A stretch of 64,000 nt of DNA from Ignavibacteria bacterium (lineage in GTDB: Bacteria > Bacteroidota > Ignavibacteria > Kapaibacteriales > UBA2268). The notes beneath the pieces were generated by a model. The model had not been told where the DNA came from and searched no databases. It worked only from the letters and a program-made list of their open reading frames with translations. The stretch lies in NCBI GenBank assembly GCA_031261605.1, contig JAISJI010000068.1, positions 2,771-66,770 of the forward strand, written 5' to 3'. Below, one piece after another: positions 1 through 9,500 of this stretch. The stretch's first letter is position 1. Each line of letters starts with the position of its first letter. The translations under genes were made by a program, and so were the position numbers.

Positions 1-2
1 AA

Positions 3-3000
3 ATCAGATGGGTATCCTACGGTATGACTGACCTCGCAAAAGCAAGCAAATTGAATTACGAAATTGACTATACTATGGACGGCGGACAAACTTGGACGCC
101 TGCAAAAAATCATAACGGACAGAACCTAGTCGGCACTACCATACCATCTCCTGATATAGGATACGCTGTATGGGAACCATACCAGAACAATAGCGCTGCT
201 GCGAACTTACGCTCTCTCACACCTTATGCAAAGACCGTTCAACTGCGGTTACAGGGCTTTGACGGCAGTGGCAATGTAGCATTCACTTCCACCTCCGATA
301 CATTTGCCGTTGCTCCTTACTTCGCTATACGTAGCATTGAAGGTAGCCAGTTGCGAGTAGATGCACGAATGGGAATGAATATCGTTAGCGACTACGCTTA
401 TATTGAAGCATGGCTCAAGCCGTATAGATTCCCACTTGCAGGAGAGGGCTTCTTCCCTATTGCAGAAAAATCGCAAGGCGGTGTATTACATTACGCATTT
501 AGATTAATGATGGACGGCTCGCTAACCCTTATCGTTACTGATATTAACGGAGTTGTATATACTGCTCGCACTAGTTCTTCGCTCGTGCTTGTAGCGCCGA
601 ACTCAGTTAATAACGATAGTTTATGGACACACGTCGCTGTCCTCTTTATTAGAAATAATGACAACAATATATCCGAAGCACGCTTCTATGTGGATGGTAA
701 TTACCAATATGGTGCTAACCTCGCACAGCAGTTTAACGCATCTATCGCATTGAATACAGACAATCCGTATCCACTATACATTGGCTCTAATCCCGCTGTT
801 ACAGCCAATAGCTTCGTTGGCGAGATGAAGGAAGTTCGCTTCTGGAATGGATTGCCAAACAACGCTTCGCCCTATGGAGCTGAGCCAACTGAGATGACTA
901 AGTTCGTCCAAAAATCACAAGCCGAAGATACTAAAACATTGACCGAAGCAAATAAGACAAATCTACATTCCGCTTTCAGTATGGACGGCGGAACGTTCTT
1001 CGCCAATGGTGGCAATAGAGTTGCTGCACTATGGGCTACAAAGGGCATTACGCTTAATAACTACGGCGTTGCAGTTAAATTTGTCCCATTCCAGCCATTC
1101 ATAAAATTAGTTGAACCGCAATTTAAGCAGTCCATAGCCAATACAGATAAGGCAGTAAAAGTGCGATGGGTTGGTCAATATTACGATGGATTAAACTTTG
1201 TCGCAGGTGCGAATAAAGTTCCGCCATCCTTACGCTACTCCATACTTGGCGGTGGTGGTAATGAAGTGCAGCCATATCAATACGTCGGCGGAAACTACTT
1301 CAGTGGCAACAAAACTAATTCTATAAAACTACTTACAACAGATGAATACCAGTCCAATCTCTCGGCTACAAAGAAATATTTTGCACTCGCATTAGACGCA
1401 TCTATGGCAAATCCAGATGTTAATAAAGATGGAGCGTATGGCGACCAAGGTCCGCTATCACCAACTTTGACCAATGGTAGATTGGAACTATCCGGCACTT
1501 ACTCTATCAATGGTGAGACATTCCCATTGGTGACGGAAGGTCCGCTATTTACAATTAATCCGCCGAACAATTTCACCATTCGCATAATGCTCGAAGGATA
1601 CCATCAAGGAAGCGTTGCCGGCAAAGCGGTAAATCAACTTGGTCCAAATTACGACCAAGGCGGTCTCGTTCTACGCCTATTTACGGATAACTCCGGCGAA
1701 ATCAGTAGCAAAGTTGGCGTCGATGCTTTTTCTGCAAATGGCTTCACCGATAGAGACCCTGTGAATTTGAACAAGGGCAATTACAGATTTGCAAACGTGG
1801 ATTTCCTATATACGAGCATCCCAAATGGTTCGTATTGGGTGTTCGTTGACCACATAAATCACTTGCCTATAATGAGCCGCTACCCTGCACCATTCCAATT
1901 CACCGGCGATGTAGGAACAACCTGGGCTATTGAGTCCGGCTGGGATTTTCTTAGTTGGAATGGCGTTGATGACAATGTAATGACATCGCCTTCTACTACT
2001 GATATATGGAAAAATAATTACTACACAGCGAAGGGAACGGCTGTAAATACTGCGAAGACATATCCAGAGAGATACGCTACGACTGGATTAATTTATAATG
2101 GCGGAACGACTGACCGCAACGGCTTGGCTGCTATGGTCGGTGGTGATGTCAATCAAGATGGAATGATTAACGCTGCCGATAGAGTTAAAGTTCGCCAAGA
2201 AGAAGGTCTGCAGTCCTATCAATCCGATATTACAGGTGATAAGTATGTCAATGCAGTGGATAGAACGATTACCGATAGAAATGCCGGTAAGGTCTCATCC
2301 TTGCTGAACACCGTGATACCTGCTTCTGCACCGCTTTCGCTCATTGACCCATTCAATGTAATCGTCGATGATAATGCAGAGTTATCGCTATACTTAAATA
2401 AACTAGCAAAAGTTTCTGGCTACAAAGCAAATGATAACCCGAAAGATATTGATATAGAACAACGACTGCATAGCAAGCAGAATGATGCTTTGCAAGCGGG
2501 CTTGATGTATTATGTGAGTGCGAAAACGAAATACAACGACAGCGGCTTTGTAGATGTTAGCGTGTATATTCGCAATGCTGGAGTGGCTTTTGCTCCCGCT
2601 AATTGCACGTTTCCGATTTCATTTGATACGAATGCAGTTACATTTTCTAAGTTCTATGGTGGTGATAGCGTGATATTCAATTCCGATTTTGATTACTCTA
2701 AATTGGATACTAATAACATTCCCGAGAATGGATATTTGAAATTGTCATCCGCTCCCAAAGTTGGTGCAGCAAACGCATACCGCAATTATAAGACGATAGA
2801 AATAGATTACGATGCTTACTCTAACCTCGGCGGAATCAATGTTCCAAGTTACGATACATATCTCGGAACACTCCGCTTCAATGTAAAGAAGGGCGCAGGC
2901 ATCGTTGCATTCCATTGGCACGAGAGCAGAGCAGTCATCACTACAAAAGGCGAAGATGGAACATCTGATGGTATATGGGATACAATTCCTGCTGTCCTGC

Positions 3001-4145
3001 TATACAACGCTACGATTACGCAACCAAACGGCGGCGAGGACTACCAAATACTTACGCAACAGCAAGTGAAATGGACTACTACCGGCACTGCCGATATACA
3101 TATATATCTATCTATCAATAACGGAATCACTTGGATGAAACTGACTGATACGGCTATTAGTTCGCAGCAACTGCAATACACTTGGACGACTCCGAATGTA
3201 AATTCAGAGCAATGCCTTATCCGCATTGTTGATGCCGAGACGAATACCGAAGTGGATAGAAGCGACGGCACATTCACTATTAGTCCGCCATGGGGACATA
3301 TCATTCAGCCATACGCAAGTTCGGAACCATACAAAGGCGGAACGGTTACACAGATAGAATGGACGGCTGGTGGAACATCTTGTGTTCGCTTTGAATACTC
3401 TATCGATGGCGGCTATACTTGGACAAAAATATCCGGCAACTTCGGTGCATCTGCTACCAGCACTATAAAGGCAAATTGGACGCTACCAAAGGTAACAACA
3501 AAGGAAGCATACGTCAGAATGATTGATTGCAATACGGACAATATATTGGATGTATCAGGCAAATTTATGATTGGTTATGGCACGATTACTTTCACGCAAC
3601 CCGCACAGAATCAAACTCTGCAAGGATGTAAGACAGCGACAATTAGATGGACTACAATAGGTGTTACGGAATTTGATTTGCAGTTATCTACCGATGGCAT
3701 TAATTGGATTACTATTGAATATGGCGTGGATGCTTCATTGAAGTTATACTCTTGGCAGATATTAGATGCTGAATCTAACACTTGCTACTTCCGCGCTATA
3801 TACAACGGCGATGAAGTGTTTGAGTTCGGACGTAGCAAAATGTTTAAGATTCGCAGATGCACAGGTATATACGATGAGCCAGAGAATGGTGCTATCGGTA
3901 ATATTTTCCCAAATCCAACAAATGGTATGGCATACATTACATTTGATTTACCTAAACCGGAGCGGTTGAATATACAGGTGATAGATTTAACCGGAAATGT
4001 AGTAAAGGAGATTGCGAACTACCTATTTGGTATCGGCAAGCAGACGATGGAATTTGACATCTCCGCCGTTGCAAATGGCAAGTATTACGTAATCATTACC
4101 TCGGATGACTTTGCAGTGTTAAGAGAACTCAACGTGGTGAAGTAG
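3..4145 (+). CDS. Very large secreted adhesin/glycan-binding-like protein. It has a LamG/concanavalin-like domain, dockerin-like Ca-binding repeats, three or more ~85-aa repeats each with an Asp-box (SxDGGxTW), and a T9SS C-terminal sorting domain. The 5' end is probably truncated by the window edge.
   Basis: 1373-aa ORF, and the frame stays open upstream to position 3. No signal peptide follows the first Met. Motifs include YTMDGGQTWTP, YSIDGGYTWTKI and LSTDGINWITI (Asp-boxes), DVNQDGMINAADRVKV (dockerin-like), and a C-terminal FPNPTNGMAYITF...GKYYVIITSDD...LNVVK that looks like a Por/T9SS sorting domain. Confidence 0.7.
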   Translation: MRWVSYGMTDLAKASKLNYEIDYTMDGGQTWTPAKNHNGQNLVGTTIPSPDIGYAVWEPYQNNSAAANLRSLTPYAKTVQLRLQGFDGSGNVAFTSTSDTFAVAPYFAIRSIEGSQLRVDARMGMNIVSDYAYIEAWLKPYRFPLAGEGFFPIAEKSQGGVLHYAFRLMMDGSLTLIVTDINGVVYTARTSSSLVLVAPNSVNNDSLWTHVAVLFIRNNDNNISEARFYVDGNYQYGANLAQQFNASIALNTDNPYPLYIGSNPAVTANSFVGEMKEVRFWNGLPNNASPYGAEPTEMTKFVQKSQAEDTKTLTEANKTNLHSAFSMDGGTFFANGGNRVAALWATKGITLNNYGVAVKFVPFQPFIKLVEPQFKQSIANTDKAVKVRWVGQYYDGLNFVAGANKVPPSLRYSILGGGGNEVQPYQYVGGNYFSGNKTNSIKLLTTDEYQSNLSATKKYFALALDASMANPDVNKDGAYGDQGPLSPTLTNGRLELSGTYSINGETFPLVTEGPLFTINPPNNFTIRIMLEGYHQGSVAGKAVNQLGPNYDQGGLVLRLFTDNSGEISSKVGVDAFSANGFTDRDPVNLNKGNYRFANVDFLYTSIPNGSYWVFVDHINHLPIMSRYPAPFQFTGDVGTTWAIESGWDFLSWNGVDDNVMTSPSTTDIWKNNYYTAKGTAVNTAKTYPERYATTGLIYNGGTTDRNGLAAMVGGDVNQDGMINAADRVKVRQEEGLQSYQSDITGDKYVNAVDRTITDRNAGKVSSLLNTVIPASAPLSLIDPFNVIVDDNAELSLYLNKLAKVSGYKANDNPKDIDIEQRLHSKQNDALQAGLMYYVSAKTKYNDSGFVDVSVYIRNAGVAFAPANCTFPISFDTNAVTFSKFYGGDSVIFNSDFDYSKLDTNNIPENGYLKLSSAPKVGAANAYRNYKTIEIDYDAYSNLGGINVPSYDTYLGTLRFNVKKGAGIVAFHWHESRAVITTKGEDGTSDGIWDTIPAVLLYNATITQPNGGEDYQILTQQQVKWTTTGTADIHIYLSINNGITWMKLTDTAISSQQLQYTWTTPNVNSEQCLIRIVDAETNTEVDRSDGTFTISPPWGHIIQPYASSEPYKGGTVTQIEWTAGGTSCVRFEYSIDGGYTWTKISGNFGASATSTIKANWTLPKVTTKEAYVRMIDCNTDNILDVSGKFMIGYGTITFTQPAQNQTLQGCKTATIRWTTIGVTEFDLQLSTDGINWITIEYGVDASLKLYSWQILDAESNTCYFRAIYNGDEVFEFGRSKMFKIRRCTGIYDEPENGAIGNIFPNPTNGMAYITFDLPKPERLNIQVIDLTGNVVKEIANYLFGIGKQTMEFDISAVANGKYYVIITSDDFAVLRELNVVK

Positions 4146-4146
4146 A

Positions 4147-5478
4147 TTATCCATAAATGAAGTTGCCGATATACATATCGTTCTCGGCATTAGCATTGCT
4201 ATCCTTTGCGTAAAACGTTCGTATCGATTGCTCTATCGTTTCGCCGAATAGCAGTTCATCTTGCTCGTCGTATAGATGCTTTTTAATTAGCGAAGTGTTT
4301 TTATAGAGCCAATAGTTGAGTATGCGGATTTCGTTTATATCAAATTCCACTTCCTCGTCATCGGCGTAAAATGTATCGTGAATGCAGTCGAAGATGCTAT
4401 TGAGATTGGCTTTTGTGCCTATGGTTGTGGTTGAGACATATCTGCCCTTGTGAATGAATATTACATCTATCAATTTCTCTTTTGGGGAATTCGGATAGAG
4501 AACTACCATAGATAGATTTTTTACGAGCAACTGCTGAGAGTAAGCATTGACTTGTATATCATCAGCATTAAATAGGTCTAAATACTTAATTGAGTTATAC
4601 TCCGGCTGGAGCAGCTTAATTTTACGATATTCCAAGATATATGCCTCAAGTTCTGATGTGGTCTCCAACCATTCCAAGCGAACGAATTTCTTCAATACCG
4701 AACGAATTTTTTTTGATACCTCATCGGTCTCCTCTATGAAACTGCTGATGTGTTCGGCTATATCATTGGAACGGGAGATATGCAATACCTTGCCACTTTT
4801 ACCGATAAATGTGAGAATGCCGTTGGAATGAGGAGCTTGCTTCTGGTATAATCTAAGTTTATCAAATATCTTTGTATCCAACTCCTTATACCGCCTAATG
4901 TCGCGGTTTTGGAAATCAAGCAGGTCTTCCAATGTAACAATATCAAACCTATCTTGAAGCATTAACAGCATTTCAATGAAGAAGTTAGCAGTTGCAAAAG
5001 CATCATCATAAGCGCGATGTCTATTGACAATCGGGATGTTAAAATAATCGGCGAGAGAGCCAACATTCTTCTTTATATTCTTCGGAATAAGGCGATTACC
5101 AAGTTTAAGAGTGCATAAAGTAGGAACATCAACAGCAGACAAGCCAGCGCTATTTATCGCCTCAGATACGAAACGCCAATCAAATGGAACATTGTGTGCA
5201 ACAAAGCAGGAGTTGTCTTGGAGTAAAATATTTCTTACGACAGCAAAAACTTCGCTCGCTTCTGGTGCGTTCATCACCATAAGGTCGTATATGCCGGTCA
5301 TTTTTTGTATATACGGCGGTATTGGTTGATGGGGATTTACAAGCGAACTGAAGGTATCAATAATTTCGAAATTGTTAACTGTGATACAAGCAATATCTGT
5401 TATCTTATTATACGAAGCGTGCGAACCGGTTGTCTCAACATCTACAACGATGAAGTTAGTATCTGAAATAAGTGTCAT
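4147..5478 (-). CDS. DnaQ-like (DEDDh) 3'-5' exonuclease fused to a GIY-YIG (UvrC/Cho-like) endonuclease domain, plus ~120 aa of unknown C-terminal region.
   Basis: Exo I motif VVDVETTG, Exo II FVAHNVPFDWRF, Exo III HRAYDDAFATANFF. A GIY-YIG-like block follows (GILTFIGKSGKVLHISRSNDIAEH ... EAYILEYRKIKLLQPEYN, compare UvrC EALLLEnnLIKkhqPrYN). The ORF is open to 5553. I chose the Met at 5478 (MTLISDTNFIVVD) as start; the Met at 5520 is possible. Confidence 0.75.
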   Translation of the reverse strand: MTLISDTNFIVVDVETTGSHASYNKITDIACITVNNFEIIDTFSSLVNPHQPIPPYIQKMTGIYDLMVMNAPEASEVFAVVRNILLQDNSCFVAHNVPFDWRFVSEAINSAGLSAVDVPTLCTLKLGNRLIPKNIKKNVGSLADYFNIPIVNRHRAYDDAFATANFFIEMLLMLQDRFDIVTLEDLLDFQNRDIRRYKELDTKIFDKLRLYQKQAPHSNGILTFIGKSGKVLHISRSNDIAEHISSFIEETDEVSKKIRSVLKKFVRLEWLETTSELEAYILEYRKIKLLQPEYNSIKYLDLFNADDIQVNAYSQQLLVKNLSMVVLYPNSPKEKLIDVIFIHKGRYVSTTTIGTKANLNSIFDCIHDTFYADDEEVEFDINEIRILNYWLYKNTSLIKKHLYDEQDELLFGETIEQSIRTFYAKDSNANAENDMYIGNFIYG

Positions 5479-5555
5479 AATAAAAACCAAAATGGTAATA
5501 TTAACCAAAATATTAGCCATTGGTAAAAAAATACTATAAAAAATCCTTTGCAAAT

Positions 5556-5581
5556 TACTAAATTCTTACCATAATTTAGTA
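5556..5581. promoter_or_regulatory. Perfect 9-bp inverted repeat TACTAAATT-N8-AATTTAGTA in the divergent intergenic region between the exonuclease/GIY-YIG gene and fliL. Candidate operator.
   Basis: Read directly from the sequence: tactaaatt cttaccat aatttagta. Confidence 0.35.
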
Positions 5582-5705
5582 TATTAATATGTGAATTAGT
5601 TATTAACAATCAATTATGCTGTTTTTTCAACATAATTGTTAGATATGACTAATTTGGCACGTTTTTTTCATAGCATTTTAATAATTATATATACAAGAGG
5701 ACAAA

Positions 5706-6482
5706 ATGGCAAAAGAAGAACCAGAAGAAAATCTTGATGATGCAGCAGATAACGCTGCGGAAAGCAAGAAGAAACCTAAAAAAGAAAAGAAAACCAAAGA
5801 GCCAAACGAAGATGGCAAGCCAAGCACCATACTTATAGCTGGTGGGGCTGCTGGACTTATGATTTTAATAATCATTAGCGTTATCGTCGGCTCTGTGATA
5901 GCACAAAAGATGTTCCCTATTGAAGCATCGGCTGTCGTTGCAACTGAAGAAACTGAACACGCAGAAGGCGATGAACACTCCGCAAAGAAGCTTCCACCAA
6001 TGCCGGATGGAGAAGAAGGTGGAGAAGATGTAATATCAATGCTCGCAGATGACTCGTGGCTTTCATTTTCATCAGACAAAATACAGACCAATCCAAGCGA
6101 TAACGCTCGTGCTGTTTGTATCCTCAATGTCGCTGTTACATATAAGCCATATTACGTAGACCAATTGACTGCACGCGGTTTCCTTATACCGGCTCCTGCT
6201 GCTGGAGGAGGTGGTCATGGTGAAGCACCTGCACACGAGGAAGGTGCAAAAGTTCCGATGATTGCAGATACAAATAATTCCATATATAAATCCTTACGAC
6301 AGAGCGTAGCAAGCACCCTAGGTGGATTCCTTGGCTCCCATACCCAAGCATCATTGCAAGCAATGCAGTCGTCCAATACATTGACAGATACATTGAAATC
6401 GGTATTGAAGACACCGTTCCGCAATACTGGACTCATTGTAGGAAAAGTGGAAATTACTAACTTTATGATTGCACCAATGTAA
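5706..6482 (+). CDS. fliL: Flagellar basal-body-associated protein FliL-like. Long form with a Gly/His/Ala-rich insertion.
   Basis: N-terminal K-rich region followed by a single TM (ILIAGGAAGLMILIIISVIVGSVIA). FliL-like blocks CILNVAVTYKP...YYVD and C-terminal GKVEITNFMIAP. Lies immediately upstream of fliM. Confidence 0.6.
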   Translation: MAKEEPEENLDDAADNAAESKKKPKKEKKTKEPNEDGKPSTILIAGGAAGLMILIIISVIVGSVIAQKMFPIEASAVVATEETEHAEGDEHSAKKLPPMPDGEEGGEDVISMLADDSWLSFSSDKIQTNPSDNARAVCILNVAVTYKPYYVDQLTARGFLIPAPAAGGGGHGEAPAHEEGAKVPMIADTNNSIYKSLRQSVASTLGGFLGSHTQASLQAMQSSNTLTDTLKSVLKTPFRNTGLIVGKVEITNFMIAPM

Positions 6483-6539
6483 TTGCAGAAAGCACAAGAT
6501 ACTTTACTAATTTTTTTATCATTACTTATTTAGAATACA

Positions 6540-7559
6540 ATGGCACAGACATTACCACAAAACGTTATAGATAATTTACTTAAAGATGCAAAATCCGGTA
6601 AGGATACCTCTAAGTATGCTCGTAAAGAAGTAAGTAATTATGATTTCCGCAGACCGAATAGAATATCCAAGAACCAGATACGAACATTGCAGACGATACA
6701 CGAGAACTTCGCCGAGGTCTTTGGATATTACTTGGTATCGAAATTACAGACAACGGTAAATATTACGCCTACTTCGGTAGACCAACTTTTCTACTCAGAG
6801 TTCATACTTTCGGTTAGTAATCCGAGTTGCTTGTATGTATTTGAAATAGCGGGAACAGATGGTAATGGTATTCTGGAGATTAGTCCTCAACTGGCTCTTA
6901 CAATAGTGGAACGCTTACTTGGCGGTAATGCAGATGCTCTGCCAAAGAGTAGAACGATTACGCCGATAGAGCAGACGGTCGTTAGAGGTATGATAGAACA
7001 CGCTTTGAGCGACCTCAGGACAGCTTGGAAGTCCATCTCAGATATTAATTTTAAGTATCAACGATTGGAGCAGGAAGCGGACTTTGTGCAAATCGCACCT
7101 TCATCTGAGATTGTAATTGTGATTTCATTTGATGTTCATATTGGCTCGCATACTTTTTTGCTCAACCTATGTTTCCCAACATTTGCATTAGAGGAAGTGC
7201 TTGCGAAACTTAATCGGCAATTAGTAACTACGACAGGACATCAACAAAGTGCAAAAAAATTACGTGAAAACATACTCGCTGTTAATCAGCAAATATCTAC
7301 GACGTATCTCCCAATAGTAGCCGAACTTGGTAAGACCTCCATTACGGTTACCGAGTTGCTGGAACTCAAAGAGGGCGATATTATAAAGACAAAGAAAAGA
7401 ATAGACCAAGAAATAGAAGTAATAATAGCCGGCAAACGCAAACTCGCTGCACGTCCCGGCGTTGTCGAAGGAAAGAAGGCGGTGCGTATCATTAGACCGC
7501 TTACCGCAGACGACTTATACGAAGAAGACCTTTCTTACAAGGAAGAAAAAGAAGTTTAA
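6540..7559 (+). CDS. fliM: Flagellar motor switch protein FliM.
   Basis: 339 aa. Overall FliM layout, with a C-terminal SpoA-like region (GKTSITVTELLELKEGDIIKTKKRIDQEIEVIIAGKRKLAARPGVVEGKKAVRI). Confidence 0.8.
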   Translation: MAQTLPQNVIDNLLKDAKSGKDTSKYARKEVSNYDFRRPNRISKNQIRTLQTIHENFAEVFGYYLVSKLQTTVNITPTSVDQLFYSEFILSVSNPSCLYVFEIAGTDGNGILEISPQLALTIVERLLGGNADALPKSRTITPIEQTVVRGMIEHALSDLRTAWKSISDINFKYQRLEQEADFVQIAPSSEIVIVISFDVHIGSHTFLLNLCFPTFALEEVLAKLNRQLVTTTGHQQSAKKLRENILAVNQQISTTYLPIVAELGKTSITVTELLELKEGDIIKTKKRIDQEIEVIIAGKRKLAARPGVVEGKKAVRIIRPLTADDLYEEDLSYKEEKEV

Positions 7560-7613
7560 CACATTTTATTTATATCCATTTTAATACTAATTTATTAATT
7601 ATAGGAGCAAACA

Positions 7614-8018
7614 ATGACTCAAGAAGAAATAGATGCGCTCATCTCAGGCACGGATGATACCGCTTTAGAAGAAACTACCGATGAAGATAGTGCTGCCGAA
7701 GCCGCTGATGTCGAATTCACAGAGTTGCCATCTAATGACCAAGCCGGACAACAACTTGACCCCAAAATGGATATGCTGTATGACCTATCGCTACCGGTTT
7801 CTATAGAACTCGGTAGAACAAATATGCTTATCCGCGATGTCCTAAAACTTGGACGTGGCTCGGTTGTAGAATTTGATAAACTTGTAAGTGAGCCGGTAGA
7901 TGTGCTAATTAATGGCAAAAAAATCGCAGAAGGTGAGGTTGTTGTTATTGACAAACACTTCGGTATTCGTATCACCACACTCGTTGATGCTACTACGGCT
8001 TCGCGTGCGAGGAGGTAG
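7614..8018 (+). CDS. fliN: Flagellar motor switch protein FliN.
   Basis: 134 aa. Classic FliN C-terminal SpoA domain: LSLPVSIELGRTNMLIRDVLKLGRGSVVEFDKLVSEPVDVLINGKKIAEGEVVVIDKHFGIRITTL. Confidence 0.9.
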   Translation: MTQEEIDALISGTDDTALEETTDEDSAAEAADVEFTELPSNDQAGQQLDPKMDMLYDLSLPVSIELGRTNMLIRDVLKLGRGSVVEFDKLVSEPVDVLINGKKIAEGEVVVIDKHFGIRITTLVDATTASRARR

Positions 8019-8019
8019 T

Positions 8020-8424
8020 ATGGATGCAAACATTTTACAATCTTTCGGCGTGCTAATATTAGCCGTTGGGGTTATCGCCGGCGTTATGGTGTTGATAAAG
8101 AAAATCACCGCCCAACGCTTAGAAGCAAAGACAACGATAAATCTAAATGTTATCTCAAAAATTACATTGCAACCAAAGAACCATCTCTTTGTGGTGAAGG
8201 TAGCGGAGAAATTATTGGTGCTTGGAGTTACCGATAACAACATAAATATATTGACAGAACTCGACCCAGACGACAGCATTGTATCGCAAGTTGCAAATCC
8301 AAAAACACAAGCAACCGCTGCTGCTGCCATATTGAACAAGGTCGCTGCTGCTCCAAAGCGAGCGGACAATACTACTACAAATCTATCGTTTATGAATTTC
8401 GTAAAATCCGCTATCGGAAAATAA
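8020..8424 (+). CDS. fliO: Flagellar biosynthesis protein FliO.
   Basis: ATG at 8020 sits behind a GGAGG RBS at 8011-8015, in frame with the track ORF that starts at 7912. One TM (FGVLILAVGVIAGVMVLI), then a FliO-like block LFVVKVAEKLLVLGVTDNNINILTEL. Confidence 0.7.
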   Translation: MDANILQSFGVLILAVGVIAGVMVLIKKITAQRLEAKTTINLNVISKITLQPKNHLFVVKVAEKLLVLGVTDNNINILTELDPDDSIVSQVANPKTQATAAAAILNKVAAAPKRADNTTTNLSFMNFVKSAIGK

Positions 8425-8427
8425 AAA

Positions 8428-8470
8428 TAGCCCTTCGTTATGAGAGGGCTATTCTATTTCTGTTCTTTTT
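8428..8470 (+). terminator. Rho-independent terminator ending the fliLMNO transcript.
   Basis: Stem tagccct / agggcta with a 10-nt loop, followed by the T-rich run ttctatttctgttcttttt. Confidence 0.6.
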
Positions 8471-8482
8471 ATACTTCCAACT

Positions 8483-9266
8483 CTACAAACCTACATCTGC
8501 CTTTTTCAATTTCCTATCGTAAATTACTTCACCAACAACAGGTAGATTATAGGATAGTCGCAAGGTGCAAACGGTATCGGTTTCGCTCTCTGTTATCCCG
8601 ACTAACGTCCAAGCATTCAAATTATCGGCATTAGCTGCAATATAGTGCATCAGAAGAAAGTCGCCGAAGAGGTGATAGGTGCAATCGGTATATCCGGTAT
8701 ATATAATCCACTTTCCTGTGGCATCTTTCGTTAATTCATTATACGTCCCATCGGAAGCGAACTTGCAACCCGATACTGGATTTGGCGTAGTGGCATCAAT
8801 CCACGCTCCTAGTAGTTTGCCATCAAACTTATTGGTGCCTCGTGTGAATTTATAGACAATACCGATAGGAACATCAACTCCGTTATACTTGTGGTATTGG
8901 GTCTGCACAATCAAGCTGTCGTTCGTTATTTTGAGCACTTTATAGACAATTTTGATTGAAGTACCACGCTCGATAGTGATTACACTATCTTTGATGGTGT
9001 GGATTATAGAATCCTCTTTCCAATACTTTGGGTAACCGTCTTGCCCTGTTTCAATAGAACCATAGACACCAACATTGCGGACGGACGTCAGTTGTAGCAC
9101 TAAGGTATTGTTGTTGTAGAGGAGTTGTCCATTTTGGACTTTGAGTATCCACGTTCCATACGCTTTGGCGGTGATGTCTACGGGAGTAGAGTCGTCGTCA
9201 TCGCTACACGCTACAATGGTGATTAGAAATAATGCTAATAATAGATAATGGAATAATTTTTTCATT
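8483..9266 (-). CDS. Hypothetical lipoprotein.
   Basis: The internal Met gives a lipoprotein signal MKKLFHYLLLALFLITIVAC followed by SDDDD. No recognisable catalytic motif. Confidence 0.55.
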
Positions 9267-9500
9267 GTATATATCCTATTGTTTTGTTTATTGTTCAGGG
9301 AACTGCGATTTACTTTAAAAAGTTTCATTGTCCCTATCGCAAATATAAAGAATATTTATCTATTATCCAATAAATGTAGCATATAAAATTGGGTTGTTGG
9401 GTATATGGCGGTTTGCATAGTAAAGCAAAATTTCCACCTTACACGCTCTTTTATTCCTAATTATGTTGTATATTTGCACAATACTATGACATTCAATTAT

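Noticed and set aside
249-4145. Track ORFs inside the giant + strand gene: 249..476(-), 1295..1498(-), 3041..3304(-), 3766..3969(+).
   Set aside because: They are antisense or overlapping shadow ORFs within a long, well-supported coding frame. They lack motifs and plausible starts.
5678-6436. Minus-strand ORFs 5678..6127, 6184..6414 and 6215..6436, overlapping fliL.
   Set aside because: Low-complexity shadow frames opposite the Gly/Ala-rich fliL region. fliL has operon context. They do not.
7619-8369. Minus-strand ORFs 7619..8029 and 7905..8369 opposite fliN/fliO, and the long form of the + ORF 7912..8424.
   Set aside because: Antisense to conserved FliN/FliO coding sequence. For fliO I used the RBS-preceded ATG at 8020 rather than the in-frame upstream extension overlapping fliN.
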